Assembly: GCA_965203485.1 (NCBI GenBank)
Contig: OZ241892.1
Location: forward strand, 1,568,001-1,632,000
Reading direction: 5' to 3'
Source: Longimicrobiales bacterium
GTDB lineage: Bacteria; Gemmatimonadota; Gemmatimonadetes; Longimicrobiales; Gaopeijiaceae
Length of the DNA stretch: 64,000 bases
Below, in pieces: positions 49,478-57,956 of this stretch. The stretch's first letter is position 1; every line of letters begins with the position of its first letter. The translations under genes and the position numbers were made by a program. The notes beneath the pieces were generated by a model. It worked only from the letters and a program-made list of their open reading frames with translations. It was not told where the DNA came from and did not search any database.

Positions 49478-49806
49478 AAGTGCTGCTCGATCTTCTCCTG
49501 CAGGTGGGCCTTCGGGGTCGCGCCGACCACCGTGTCCACCAGCTTGCCGTCCTTGAAGAAGAGGATGCTGGGAATCGAGCGCACGCCGAAGCGGATCGGA
49601 GTCGCTTGGTTTTCGTCCACGTTCATCTTGCCCACGAGCACTCGGCCCGCGAAATCGTCGGCCAGCTCGTCGACGACCGGCCCCACCATCCTGCACGGAC
49701 CGCACCATTCGGCCCAGAAGTCCACCATCGACAGACCCTCTCCGCCCTCGATCTCCTCGGCGAAGTTGTCGTCCGTGATCTCGTTGACGTTCGTGCCTTT
49801 CGCCAT
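49474..49806 (-). CDS. trxA: Thioredoxin
   Basis: VDFWAEWCGPCRM and GVRSIP motifs. Confidence 0.96.
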   Translation of the reverse strand: MAKGTNVNEITDDNFAEEIEGGEGLSMVDFWAEWCGPCRMVGPVVDELADDFAGRVLVGKMNVDENQATPIRFGVRSIPSILFFKDGKLVDTVVGATPKAHLQEKIEQHL

Positions 49807-50030
49807 CTTCTCGTCTCCTCTGTTGTGGCCGGGAATCCGGCCGTGCTCGTGACTGCCTGGAACAGTTAGTCCGTCCCCGGCCCGGGGCCGACGACAGCGC
49901 GGCCCAGCGCTCGTCCGCCAAGCGTCGGCGCTCCCTCCCTGGACGGCCGGCGCCCCGGCGCGCGGGACGGCGACGCTCCACGCCGACAGGCCGAAGGACC
50001 GCATGGCGCGCGTCGGCGAAGGAAGCCGGC

Positions 50031-50181
50031 GGACCACCCGCGCGCAAAGGGGACCGCCGCGCGCCGGAGCTTGCCAGTCGCGGCGTTCGGCGGGACCACC
50101 CGCGCGCAAAGGGACCGCCGGCTTGCGAAGCCTGCGGCGGCCGTGTCGGCGACGGCCACCCGCGTGCACGGGCCGACGCCG
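50031..50181. repeat. Three degenerate 28-29-bp direct repeats, period about 61 bp
   Basis: GGACCACCCGCGCGCAAAGGGGACCGCCG (50031), GGACCACCCGCGCGCAAAGGGACCGCCG (50093) and GGCCACCCGCGTGCACGGGCCGACGCCG (50154), separated by two different 33-bp segments. Confidence 0.7.
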
Positions 50182-50188
50182 TCATCTT

Positions 50189-50217
50189 ATTGTAAGCGAT
50201 GCGCCCTGTCTCTTCAC
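50189..50217 (-). promoter_or_regulatory. Putative sigma70 promoter reading toward the repeat array and trxA
   Basis: GTGAAG-N17-TACAAT on the minus strand in a locally AT-rich patch. Confidence 0.5.
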
Positions 50218-50409
50218 CTTGCGGGCCGCGCGCCGGGCACGGGCCGAGCCGCGACCGTCCTGCTACGGCCCACGCCGGTTCGGACGCGACCCGCCTGTGG
50301 CCGCGCGCCCGCGCAGAGCCGCCGCATCCACCCGTTGTGCGGACCGGCCGCAGACGCGACCGCGCCGCCCGAGCCCACCCCTGCGCAAGGCCCGCCAGGA
50401 GCCAACGCC

Positions 50410-51027
50410 ATGACCCTGCGCCCCGACTTGCCGCCGTTGCCGCTAGACCACATTGGCGTGGCCGTCCCGTCGCTAGGGGGCGCCGCCCGGCTCCTCGAGC
50501 GCCTCGCTGGGCGCCGCGCGACCGCGCCGGTTCGGGCGGAATCGCAGGCCGCGGAGATCTGCTTCGTCGGCGCTCTGGAGCTTCTGGCGCCGACGGGCGA
50601 GGACGGCCCCGTGGCCCGCTTCCTCGCACGGCGCGGGCCGGGGCTCCATCACGTGGCCTACCGGACGGAGGACCTACCGGCGCTGATGGACAGTCTGCGG
50701 GACGAGGGCTTCGAGTTCACGTCGCAAGAGCCGATGACGGGGGCCGGCGGGCACCGCATCGCCTTCGTTCATCCCCGCTCCGCGGGCGGCGTGCTGGTCG
50801 AGCTGGTCGAGAAGCGGAACGCATCGTCTCCGCCGACGAGCTCCCGCAGGTCCACCTCGCGAACCAACCAGGCTCCGTCGCGATCCTGCACCACCACAAA
50901 GGGCGCGAGCGCCGTAGATCCGGAAGCCAAGTCCAGCGCAACGACGACGGCGACCGGCGGGCCGGACCCCGCTCCGTGCCCGTCCACGGCCGTGGACCCT
51001 TCGCCGACCACCCGAAAGCCGGTGTGA
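50410..51027 (+). CDS. mce: Methylmalonyl-CoA epimerase (VOC family), C-terminally extended
   Basis: LDHIGVAV, LELLAP, FLARRGPGLHHVAY, GAGG and FVHPRSAGGVLVELVE motifs. The ORF runs about 70 aa past the usual end. Confidence 0.85.
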   Translation: MTLRPDLPPLPLDHIGVAVPSLGGAARLLERLAGRRATAPVRAESQAAEICFVGALELLAPTGEDGPVARFLARRGPGLHHVAYRTEDLPALMDSLRDEGFEFTSQEPMTGAGGHRIAFVHPRSAGGVLVELVEKRNASSPPTSSRRSTSRTNQAPSRSCTTTKGASAVDPEAKSSATTTATGGPDPAPCPSTAVDPSPTTRKPV

Positions 51028-51380
51028 TCGAGGAGCCGGGCGAGCACGGCCATCCGCCGTTCGACGTCGGCCCGAGAGGGACAGGGACGGCCCATCCGCA
51101 GCCACGCCCCCATCCGCCGCAGCGCGCAGCCCGCGCGCCCACCGTCCGCCAACGGACCGGACGCCGTGCCGAAGAGCGAAGCCATCGTGGCGTGGTCTCC
51201 CCTTTCGGCCGCTTCCAGGAAGCGCGCCACGACCGCCTTCGGTCCGGCCGCGCGGGCCGGCGGAGACGGCGACGGCCGAACACCGCAGGCCAACGCCGCC
51301 ACCGCGACGGCCGCCACCGCGCGCCGCCGCGCGGCCGCCGGTCCACCCCTCCGCGCCAGCGGTCCCGAGGCCGGCGCCAA
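50769..51380 (-). CDS. Hypothetical lipoprotein (NTF2/DUF4878-like)
   Basis: AVAAVAVAALAC lipobox, VVARFLEAA..GD..TMASLFGT, PFVVVQ..DGAWLVREVDL. Start uncertain. Confidence 0.65.
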   Translation of the reverse strand: MAPASGPLARRGGPAAARRRAVAAVAVAALACGVRPSPSPPARAAGPKAVVARFLEAAERGDHATMASLFGTASGPLADGGRAGCALRRMGAWLRMGRPCPSRADVERRMAVLARLLDHTGFRVVGEGSTAVDGHGAGSGPPVAVVVALDLASGSTALAPFVVVQDRDGAWLVREVDLRELVGGDDAFRFSTSSTSTPPAERG

Positions 51381-51484
51381 TCGTCCAGCCGCCCATCGCG
51401 ACGCCGAGGCGAGTCCGGCACGCCGACATCGTCCCGCCCATCCAAGGCCCGGATGCCGCCCGGCGCGGCCGCCGCCCGCCAGCG

Positions 51485-54100
51485 CTACGCCGGCCTTTCC
51501 GGCGCGGCCGCCGCCCGCCCGTCCACCCGGAACTCCAGTCGGGCGCCGTTCCCCGCCTCGGCCAGCTCCGCAACGGAGCCCGGCGGCAGCGTTCCGTCCA
51601 GAATCCGCAACGCCAGGGGGTCCTGCACCCATCGCTGCACGGCGCGCTTGAGCGGCCGCGCCCCGTAGACCGGATCGAAGCCCTCGCGCGCGATCCGCGC
51701 ACGCGCGCACGGCGACACCGACAGCTCGATCCCCTGCTCCGCCGCGAGCTTCGCCATGCGCGCCAACTGCAACTCGACGATCTTCTCCAGCTCGGGCTCG
51801 CCGAGCGGCCGAAACACCACCACGTCGTCCACGCGGTTGAGGAACTCGGGACGAAAGCGCTCCCGCAGACGCGACCGCACCATCCGCTCCACGTCGTCCC
51901 ATGCATCGGTCTCGGCGCGGGCGAGAATCTCCGGGCCCGCGACGTTGGAGGTCATGACGACCACCGTCGAGCGGAAGTCCACGGTGCGGCCCTGCGCGTC
52001 GGTGAGCCGCCCGTCGTCGAGCAGTTGCAGGAAGGCGTTGAAGACCTTGGGGTGCGCCTTCTCCATTTCGTCGAGAAGCACGACCGAGTGCGGACGGCGC
52101 CGCACCGGCTCCGTGAGCTGGCCGCCCTCCTCGTAGCCGACGTAGCCGGGAGGCGCGCCCAGCAGACGCGACACCGCGTGCGCCTCCATGTACTCGGACA
52201 TGTCCAGCCGCACCATCGCGCGCTCGTCGTCGAAGAGGAACTCGGCCAGCGCGCGGGCGGTCTCGGTCTTGCCGACGCCGGTCGGTCCCAGGAAGAGAAA
52301 GGACCCCGCCGGCCGGTTCGGGTCCTGCACGCCCGCCCGGGAGCGCCGCACCGCCCGGGCCACCGCGCTCAGCGCCTCCTCCTGCCCGACGACGCGGCGG
52401 CCCAGGAGGCGCTCCAGCTCGACCAGCCGGCGCCGTTCCGACTCCATCAGCCGGGTTACCGGCACGCCCGTCCACTCGGCCAGGACCTCGGCCACGTCCT
52501 CCGCCGTCACGTCCTCCTTGAGGAACTTCCCTTCCTTCTGGAGTTCGCCCAGGCGCTGCTCGGCCTCCGCGATCTCGCCCAGCGCGGCCGGGAGTTCGGC
52601 GTACTGGAGCTTCGCCGCGCGCTCGAGCTCGCCGAGCCTCGTGGCCCGATCCTGTTCCGTACGCAGGCCGTCCACCCGCTCCTTGAGCCTCTGAATGCGC
52701 AGGATCTCCTCCTTCTCTGCTTGCCAGCGCGCCTTCATGGCTTGGCTCGACTCGCCAAGGGCCGCGAGCTCCCGGGCGATGCCGTCCATCCGCTCCCCGG
52801 CGCTGGCGTCGTCTTCGCCGGAGAGCGCCTGCCTCTCGATCTCGAGTTGCACGATGCGTCGCTCCACTTCGTCGATCTCCTGGGGCAGCGAGTCGATCTC
52901 CATGCGCAAGCGGCTGGCCGCTTCGTCCATCAAGTCGATCGCCTTGTCGGGCAGGAAGCGCCCGCCCACGTACCGGTCCGAGAGTCTGGCCGCGGCGATC
53001 AGCGAATCGTCAGTGATGCGCACGCCATGGTGCACTTCATACCGCTCCTTGAGACCGCGCAGGATGGCGATCGTGTCCTCGACCGACGGCGGCGCGACGA
53101 AGACCGGCTGAAAGCGGCGCTCCAGAGCAGGGTCCTTCTCCACGCGCTTGCGGTATTCGTCGAGCGTGGTCGCGCCCACCACGCGCAGTTCGCCCCGCGC
53201 CAGCGCCGGCTTGAGCATGTTGCCGGCGTCCACCGCCCCCTCCGCGGCGCCCGCTCCCACGAGCGTGTGCATTTCGTCGACGAAGAGGACGTAGCGGCCG
53301 TCGCCGCTCGTGACCTCGTCGAGCACCGCCTTCATTCGCTTCTCGAAGTCGCCCCGGTACTTGGCGCCCGCCAGCATCGCGGAGATGTCGAGCGCGGCCA
53401 GCGTCTTGCCGTGCAGCGAGCCCGGCACGTCTCCCGAGGCGATTCGCTGGGCCAAGCCCTCGGCGATCGCGGTCTTGCCCACGCCCGGCTCGCCAATCAG
53501 GACGGGATTGTTCTTGGTCCGGCGACCCAGGACCTTGATCACCCGGCGAACCTCGTCGTCGCGGCCGACGACGGGATCGAGCTTGCCGCGGCGCGCCATC
53601 TCCGTCAGGTCGCGCGAGTACTTGGCCAGCGCCTGGAACTGGTCCTCGGGGCTCTGGTCGGTCACGCGGTGCGAGCCGCGAACGGCGTCCAGGGCGGCTT
53701 CGAGGCGCTCCGCGGTGGCTCCGTGCTCTGCGAGGATGCGGGCGGCCGCGCCCTTGGCGGCGGCGAGTCCGAGCAGCAGGTGTTCGGTCGACACGTACGC
53801 GTCGCCCAGCCGGGAAGCGGCTCGATCGGCGGCGTCCAGGGCCGTCCGCAAGGAGCGCGACGCCGCAGGCGCGCCGCCCCCGGTCGCGCGCGGCAACTTC
53901 TCCAGGGCCGCGGCGGCCGCCCGGGCGACCCGGGCCTCCGCCACTTCCATCTTGCGCAGGACGGGCGGCGCCACGCCCTCCTGCTGTTCGAGCAACGCCT
54001 TGAGGAGGTGAACGCCCCCCGTCTCGGGATGCCCGCCGCGGCGCGCGGCGGCCGCCGCCGCTCCGAGCGCCTCCGCCGCCTTGATCGTCAGTCGTTCCAT
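51485..54100 (-). CDS. clpB: ATP-dependent chaperone ClpB
   Basis: Two AAA+ modules ([16 protein letters not shown]), a long middle coiled coil, [13 protein letters not shown] and [19 protein letters not shown]. Confidence 0.96.
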   Translation of the reverse strand: MERLTIKAAEALGAAAAAARRGGHPETGGVHLLKALLEQQEGVAPPVLRKMEVAEARVARAAAAALEKLPRATGGGAPAASRSLRTALDAADRAASRLGDAYVSTEHLLLGLAAAKGAAARILAEHGATAERLEAALDAVRGSHRVTDQSPEDQFQALAKYSRDLTEMARRGKLDPVVGRDDEVRRVIKVLGRRTKNNPVLIGEPGVGKTAIAEGLAQRIASGDVPGSLHGKTLAALDISAMLAGAKYRGDFEKRMKAVLDEVTSGDGRYVLFVDEMHTLVGAGAAEGAVDAGNMLKPALARGELRVVGATTLDEYRKRVEKDPALERRFQPVFVAPPSVEDTIAILRGLKERYEVHHGVRITDDSLIAAARLSDRYVGGRFLPDKAIDLMDEAASRLRMEIDSLPQEIDEVERRIVQLEIERQALSGEDDASAGERMDGIARELAALGESSQAMKARWQAEKEEILRIQRLKERVDGLRTEQDRATRLGELERAAKLQYAELPAALGEIAEAEQRLGELQKEGKFLKEDVTAEDVAEVLAEWTGVPVTRLMESERRRLVELERLLGRRVVGQEEALSAVARAVRRSRAGVQDPNRPAGSFLFLGPTGVGKTETARALAEFLFDDERAMVRLDMSEYMEAHAVSRLLGAPPGYVGYEEGGQLTEPVRRRPHSVVLLDEMEKAHPKVFNAFLQLLDDGRLTDAQGRTVDFRSTVVVMTSNVAGPEILARAETDAWDDVERMVRSRLRERFRPEFLNRVDDVVVFRPLGEPELEKIVELQLARMAKLAAEQGIELSVSPCARARIAREGFDPVYGARPLKRAVQRWVQDPLALRILDGTLPPGSVAELAEAGNGARLEFRVDGRAAAAPERPA

Positions 54101-54233
54101 CGCGTCTTCCCTCCTCTTCCCGTGAGCTTGCAGCCAAGATTCCGTCGTCTGCGGCGCCCCCTCCCCGGGCCGCGCCTCCGTCGTCTCTTGGGGACCGGCC
54201 GCCTTCGGCGGGACCGAGCGGGCCCGTCCGGAA

Positions 54234-54347
54234 ATCTGCCGTTTTGGCAGGACGACGGCCGCGCGACCTGCCATTTTGGCAGGACCGGCGGAGGCGATCT
54301 GCCATTTTGGCAGGAAACGGGGCCCGGACCTGCCGTTTCGGCAGGAA
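54234..54347. repeat. Four phased 20-bp palindromic repeats upstream of clpB (probable operator array)
   Basis: AYCTGCCRTTTYGGCAGGAM at 54234, 54266, 54297 and 54328 (period 32/31/31). Core is the palindrome CTGCC-N5-GGCAG; the spacers are unrelated to one another. Confidence 0.9.
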
Positions 54348-54607
54348 CTGCGGGCTCCGGCCGGTGCCTTCCCAACAACGTGAAAGAATCAGGCCAAGGG
54401 CCGCGACGCGAGCGCGCGGCCCGGCTGGATGCCCCGCCCGCGCGGAGGCGGGGCGGCGGGCCTCGCAGGCCGAGCCAGGAGCCGGCGCCGGGTTGACACA
54501 GGGAGGCGGTTCGGGCGAAGCTAGCGTTGGTTGTCGCGCTCCATCCGCCGCGCGGCTTCGGGCCCGCGCACTCCTCCGAGCCTCCAAAGTCGCGAAGGGA
54601 CCGTGCC

Positions 54608-55018
54608 ATGGGCCGTCTCGTTGCCGACCGGCGCCGCGGTTCGGGGAAACGCTTCGCCGCGTCGGCCGGCCCGAGAGTCTCGGGGGCTCGCCGACCGCGC
54701 TTGCTGGCCGGCTTCGCGGTTGCGGCGGCCTTCTTGCCCGGCGGGTGCGGGGGGCCGCAGGTCGACCCTGCCGACGATCCGGCCCGTGAACGCTTCGTGG
54801 CCGCGTTCGTGGCTCTGCGGAGGGCGGCGGCGCGCTCGCCCGACCGGGTCGTGCCGGCCCAGGACCGGGACCGCATCTTGGCCGAGCACGGGATGTCGGG
54901 CGACGAGATGCTCGCGTTCGTCGACGAGCACGGCGAGGACCTCGACTACATGGAGGGGGTCTGGTCGGAAGTGGACGCTCGAATCCGCGAGACCGAACCC
55001 GGCGCCCCCACTCGCTGA
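54608..55018 (+). CDS. Hypothetical lipoprotein (DUF4296-like helical)
   Basis: Hydrophobic stretch then GGC, RERFVAAFVAL, RDRILAEHGMS and VWSEV. A perfect TTGACA lies at 54493 upstream. Confidence 0.65.
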   Translation: MGRLVADRRRGSGKRFAASAGPRVSGARRPRLLAGFAVAAAFLPGGCGGPQVDPADDPARERFVAAFVALRRAAARSPDRVVPAQDRDRILAEHGMSGDEMLAFVDEHGEDLDYMEGVWSEVDARIRETEPGAPTR

Positions 55019-55053
55019 CGAGACCCGGCTCCGCCGGACGGCGGCGGCCCCCG

Positions 55054-57423
55054 TCAGCGGTTGAAGCACACCTCCGCGTCGGCGACGTCCGCCGGGTGCA
55101 CGATCTTCTGCTCGAATCCGCCCCGGCCGTCGTCCTGCCACTGGATCTGGAGGCCACGCAGGCCCTGCTGGCTGCCGGCCGCTGACGACCCAAGCGGCGC
55201 CACGCGATAGGGGCCGAGCACGGTTTGGACGTCGGCGCCGAACAGGAAGTCGCGCATCGCCGTCTCGTCGAGATCGCCTGCGGACGACAGCGACGCCTCC
55301 AGCGCCGCGGACAGCAACTCGACGGCTCCGAAGCCGCCCGCGGCGTGGTAGCCTGGCAACGCGCCGTGGAGCTCTTCGAACCGGCGGACGAACGTCTCGC
55401 TGCCGACCAAGATTCCGCGAGTGCGCACCGTCGCAATCCACGGTGCGTTGCCGGCCACGCACGCCGCCGACGCGCCGACCGCCGACGCGAAGCGGGGGTC
55501 GGCGGGACCGATCGACCAGCTCGCCAGCTTCGGCACGTAGTTCGCGGCGGCCGCCGCCTTGGTGAGCTCGATCGCGTCGTCGAAGTAGCCGCCCCCGATC
55601 AGCAGATCGGCCGCGCTCCGCCCGGCGGCGGCGGCCAGGGCCGCATGGTCCGCTCCTCCGGCCGGATAAGACTGGTCCAGAACGATGCCCATGCCCGCGG
55701 CGGCGGCGGCCGACCGCACGCCTTCGGCGACGCCTCGCGGGAAGCTGCTGTTTTCCCAAACAAGCGCCACGGTTTGCGCGCCGGCGGCGGCCGCCAGCTC
55801 GACCGATCCCTGCAGATACGTCTGCGCCGAATTGAGCATCTGGACGCTCCACCGCCGGTCCCGGCCCTGCCACAGGCCGGTCGACGCGGCCATCGCCGTG
55901 ATCAGGGGCTTCGACGCGGCTTCGGTCACCGGCAACACTGCTTCCGTCACGGGACTCGAGTAGGGCCCCAGGAGGACGTCGACCGACGGATCGGCGACGA
56001 ACTGGCGGTACAGCGAGGCCGCGAGTTGCGGATTGCTCTGGTCGTCGCGCATCTCCAGCTCCAGCAGGCGGCCCTCGATCCCGCCCCGCTCGTTCAGCAT
56101 CGCGATTCCAAGCTCGTAGCCGTCGCGCATCTTGGCGCCGTCCACGCCCAGGCGTCCGGTCGCGGGGAACGACGCGGCCACTCGGAGGGGCCCCGGAGCG
56201 CGACTGAAGCAGGGCGCGGCCTCCGCGGCCGACGGCGGATGGACGACGCGCCGGACGAGGCCGCCCTGTCCGTCGTCCTGCCACTGGACGTGCAGTCCGG
56301 AGAGAGCCTGCTGGCTCCCCGCGGCCTCGCTCCCCAGCGGCGCCACGCGGTAGGGCCCCAACACGGTCCCGGCCGTGGTCGAGAAGAGGTAGTCGCGCAT
56401 GACTTCGTAGTCCACGCCGACCGGCGTCAGTCCGGCCGCCAGCGCCCCTGCAAGAAGCTCCACCGCGGCGAAGGCGGCCGCTTCGTGGAAGCCCGGCAGG
56501 CGCCCGTGCTTCTGCTGGAATCGGCGGACGAACGTCTCGGTGTCCGCCAGCCGGCCGCGAGTTCGGCTGGAAGGCGCCCAGGGAGTATGCCCAGTGACGC
56601 AGCGGGCCAGCGGACCCACGGCGTCGGCGAACCCCGGGTCTTCCGAGCCCAGCATGAGGCTCGTCAGCTGCGGCCGATAGCCGGCGGCGTCCGCCGCCTT
56701 GACGAACTCCACCCCGTCGTCCGAGTAGCCGGCGATCAGGAACATGTCGGCCCCCGCCGCCTTGGCCGCGCGCACGAGCGCGGCGTGGCCTGCGGCGCCC
56801 GGACGATACGATTCGTCCAGCGCCATCCGCACGCCTGCGCGGGCCGCCGCCGCCCGCGCCCCCGCCGCCACCGACGCGGGAGCGCGGGAGTCCTCCCACA
56901 CCAGCGCCGCTGTCCTTGCCCCGCCCTCGGCGCCCACCGCGACTGGGCCTTCCAGAAACGTGCTTGCCGGGTTGAGCAACTGCACGCTCCAGCGGCGGTC
57001 CCGTCCACGCCAGATCTCCGTGGACGCCGCCAAGCCGGCGATCACCGGCATCGACGCGGACTCGGTCACCGGCAACACGGCTTCCGTGATCACGCTGCTG
57101 TATGGCCCCAGCAGCGCGTCCACCGTCTCGTCCGCAATGAAGCCGGCGTAGAGCCGGGCCGCGGCCGCGGCGTCGCTGCCGTCGTCGTGCAGCGCGAGTT
57201 CCACTTCGCGGCCGTCGACGCCCCCCTGCTCGTTGAGCATCTCGACGGCCAGCTCGTAGCCGTCGCGCATCTTGGCCCCGTCGGTGCGCAAGTAGCCGGA
57301 CTGGGGGAAGGTGGCCGCGACCCGCACCGCCCCCGGTTCGGGCAACGGCCGCACGGCCTCGGAGCAGGCGGTCGCGGCGGCGGACGCCGCCAGGAAGACG
57401 AGAGGAAGGCGGGGCGGACGCAT
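55054..57423 (-). CDS. Lipoprotein with two tandem branched-chain amino acid ABC substrate-binding (PBP type 1) domains
   Basis: Lipobox ATAC. Two closely similar halves, each containing DGAKMRDGYEL, LLGPYSS.. TEAVLPVTE and QWQDDG. CAGGAG RBS. Confidence 0.88.
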   Translation of the reverse strand: MRPPRLPLVFLAASAAATACSEAVRPLPEPGAVRVAATFPQSGYLRTDGAKMRDGYELAVEMLNEQGGVDGREVELALHDDGSDAAAAARLYAGFIADETVDALLGPYSSVITEAVLPVTESASMPVIAGLAASTEIWRGRDRRWSVQLLNPASTFLEGPVAVGAEGGARTAALVWEDSRAPASVAAGARAAAARAGVRMALDESYRPGAAGHAALVRAAKAAGADMFLIAGYSDDGVEFVKAADAAGYRPQLTSLMLGSEDPGFADAVGPLARCVTGHTPWAPSSRTRGRLADTETFVRRFQQKHGRLPGFHEAAAFAAVELLAGALAAGLTPVGVDYEVMRDYLFSTTAGTVLGPYRVAPLGSEAAGSQQALSGLHVQWQDDGQGGLVRRVVHPPSAAEAAPCFSRAPGPLRVAASFPATGRLGVDGAKMRDGYELGIAMLNERGGIEGRLLELEMRDDQSNPQLAASLYRQFVADPSVDVLLGPYSSPVTEAVLPVTEAASKPLITAMAASTGLWQGRDRRWSVQMLNSAQTYLQGSVELAAAAGAQTVALVWENSSFPRGVAEGVRSAAAAAGMGIVLDQSYPAGGADHAALAAAAGRSAADLLIGGGYFDDAIELTKAAAAANYVPKLASWSIGPADPRFASAVGASAACVAGNAPWIATVRTRGILVGSETFVRRFEELHGALPGYHAAGGFGAVELLSAALEASLSSAGDLDETAMRDFLFGADVQTVLGPYRVAPLGSSAAGSQQGLRGLQIQWQDDGRGGFEQKIVHPADVADAEVCFNR

Positions 57424-57956
57424 CGAAGACTCCTGTTCGAGGTTGTGCTCGGTTGCTCGACGCGCTTGACGATCCACCGGGCCGGGCGCGGAACCGCCAT
57501 TCGGCGCCGGAAACAACCGAACGAAATCTACAAGGCGCGCGGAGCTTCCGCGCGAACCGGACGCCGGGATCGCCGCGCTCGCGCCGAACCTCGCCCCGGG
57601 CCGCTCGCGCGGCGGTCATGCCTCCCGCTCGGGCGAGCAAGTCTGCGTCGGCCCCCTCGCGCGGCCGCCCGGCTCCCGAGCAACTGCCGGGCGCCCCGAA
57701 CGACCACAGGCCCGTGCGCGCGGCCCGACCTCGGTCTACCGTGACGGGAGCCGCCCCAACCAGAATCGGCCCGCGCGCGCGGGCCGACCAACCACGGCCA
57801 GCCCCGGCGGCGGCGCGACAGCCTCGTTTGCCGCTCTCCTCGGCGACGGACTAGGTTCCTGCGCGCGGCCCGCGCGGCTTCCTTGTGCCACGGGCGCCGT
57901 TGCGGCGCCGCCAGGCCGCCGGACCCGCCCCTATCCGCCAGCTCCGAGACCAAGCC

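Noticed and set aside
54234..54347. clpB upstream repeats as a CRISPR array
   Set aside because: 20-bp repeats with 11-12-bp spacers are far too short, and there are no cas genes. Helical phasing fits protein-binding sites better.
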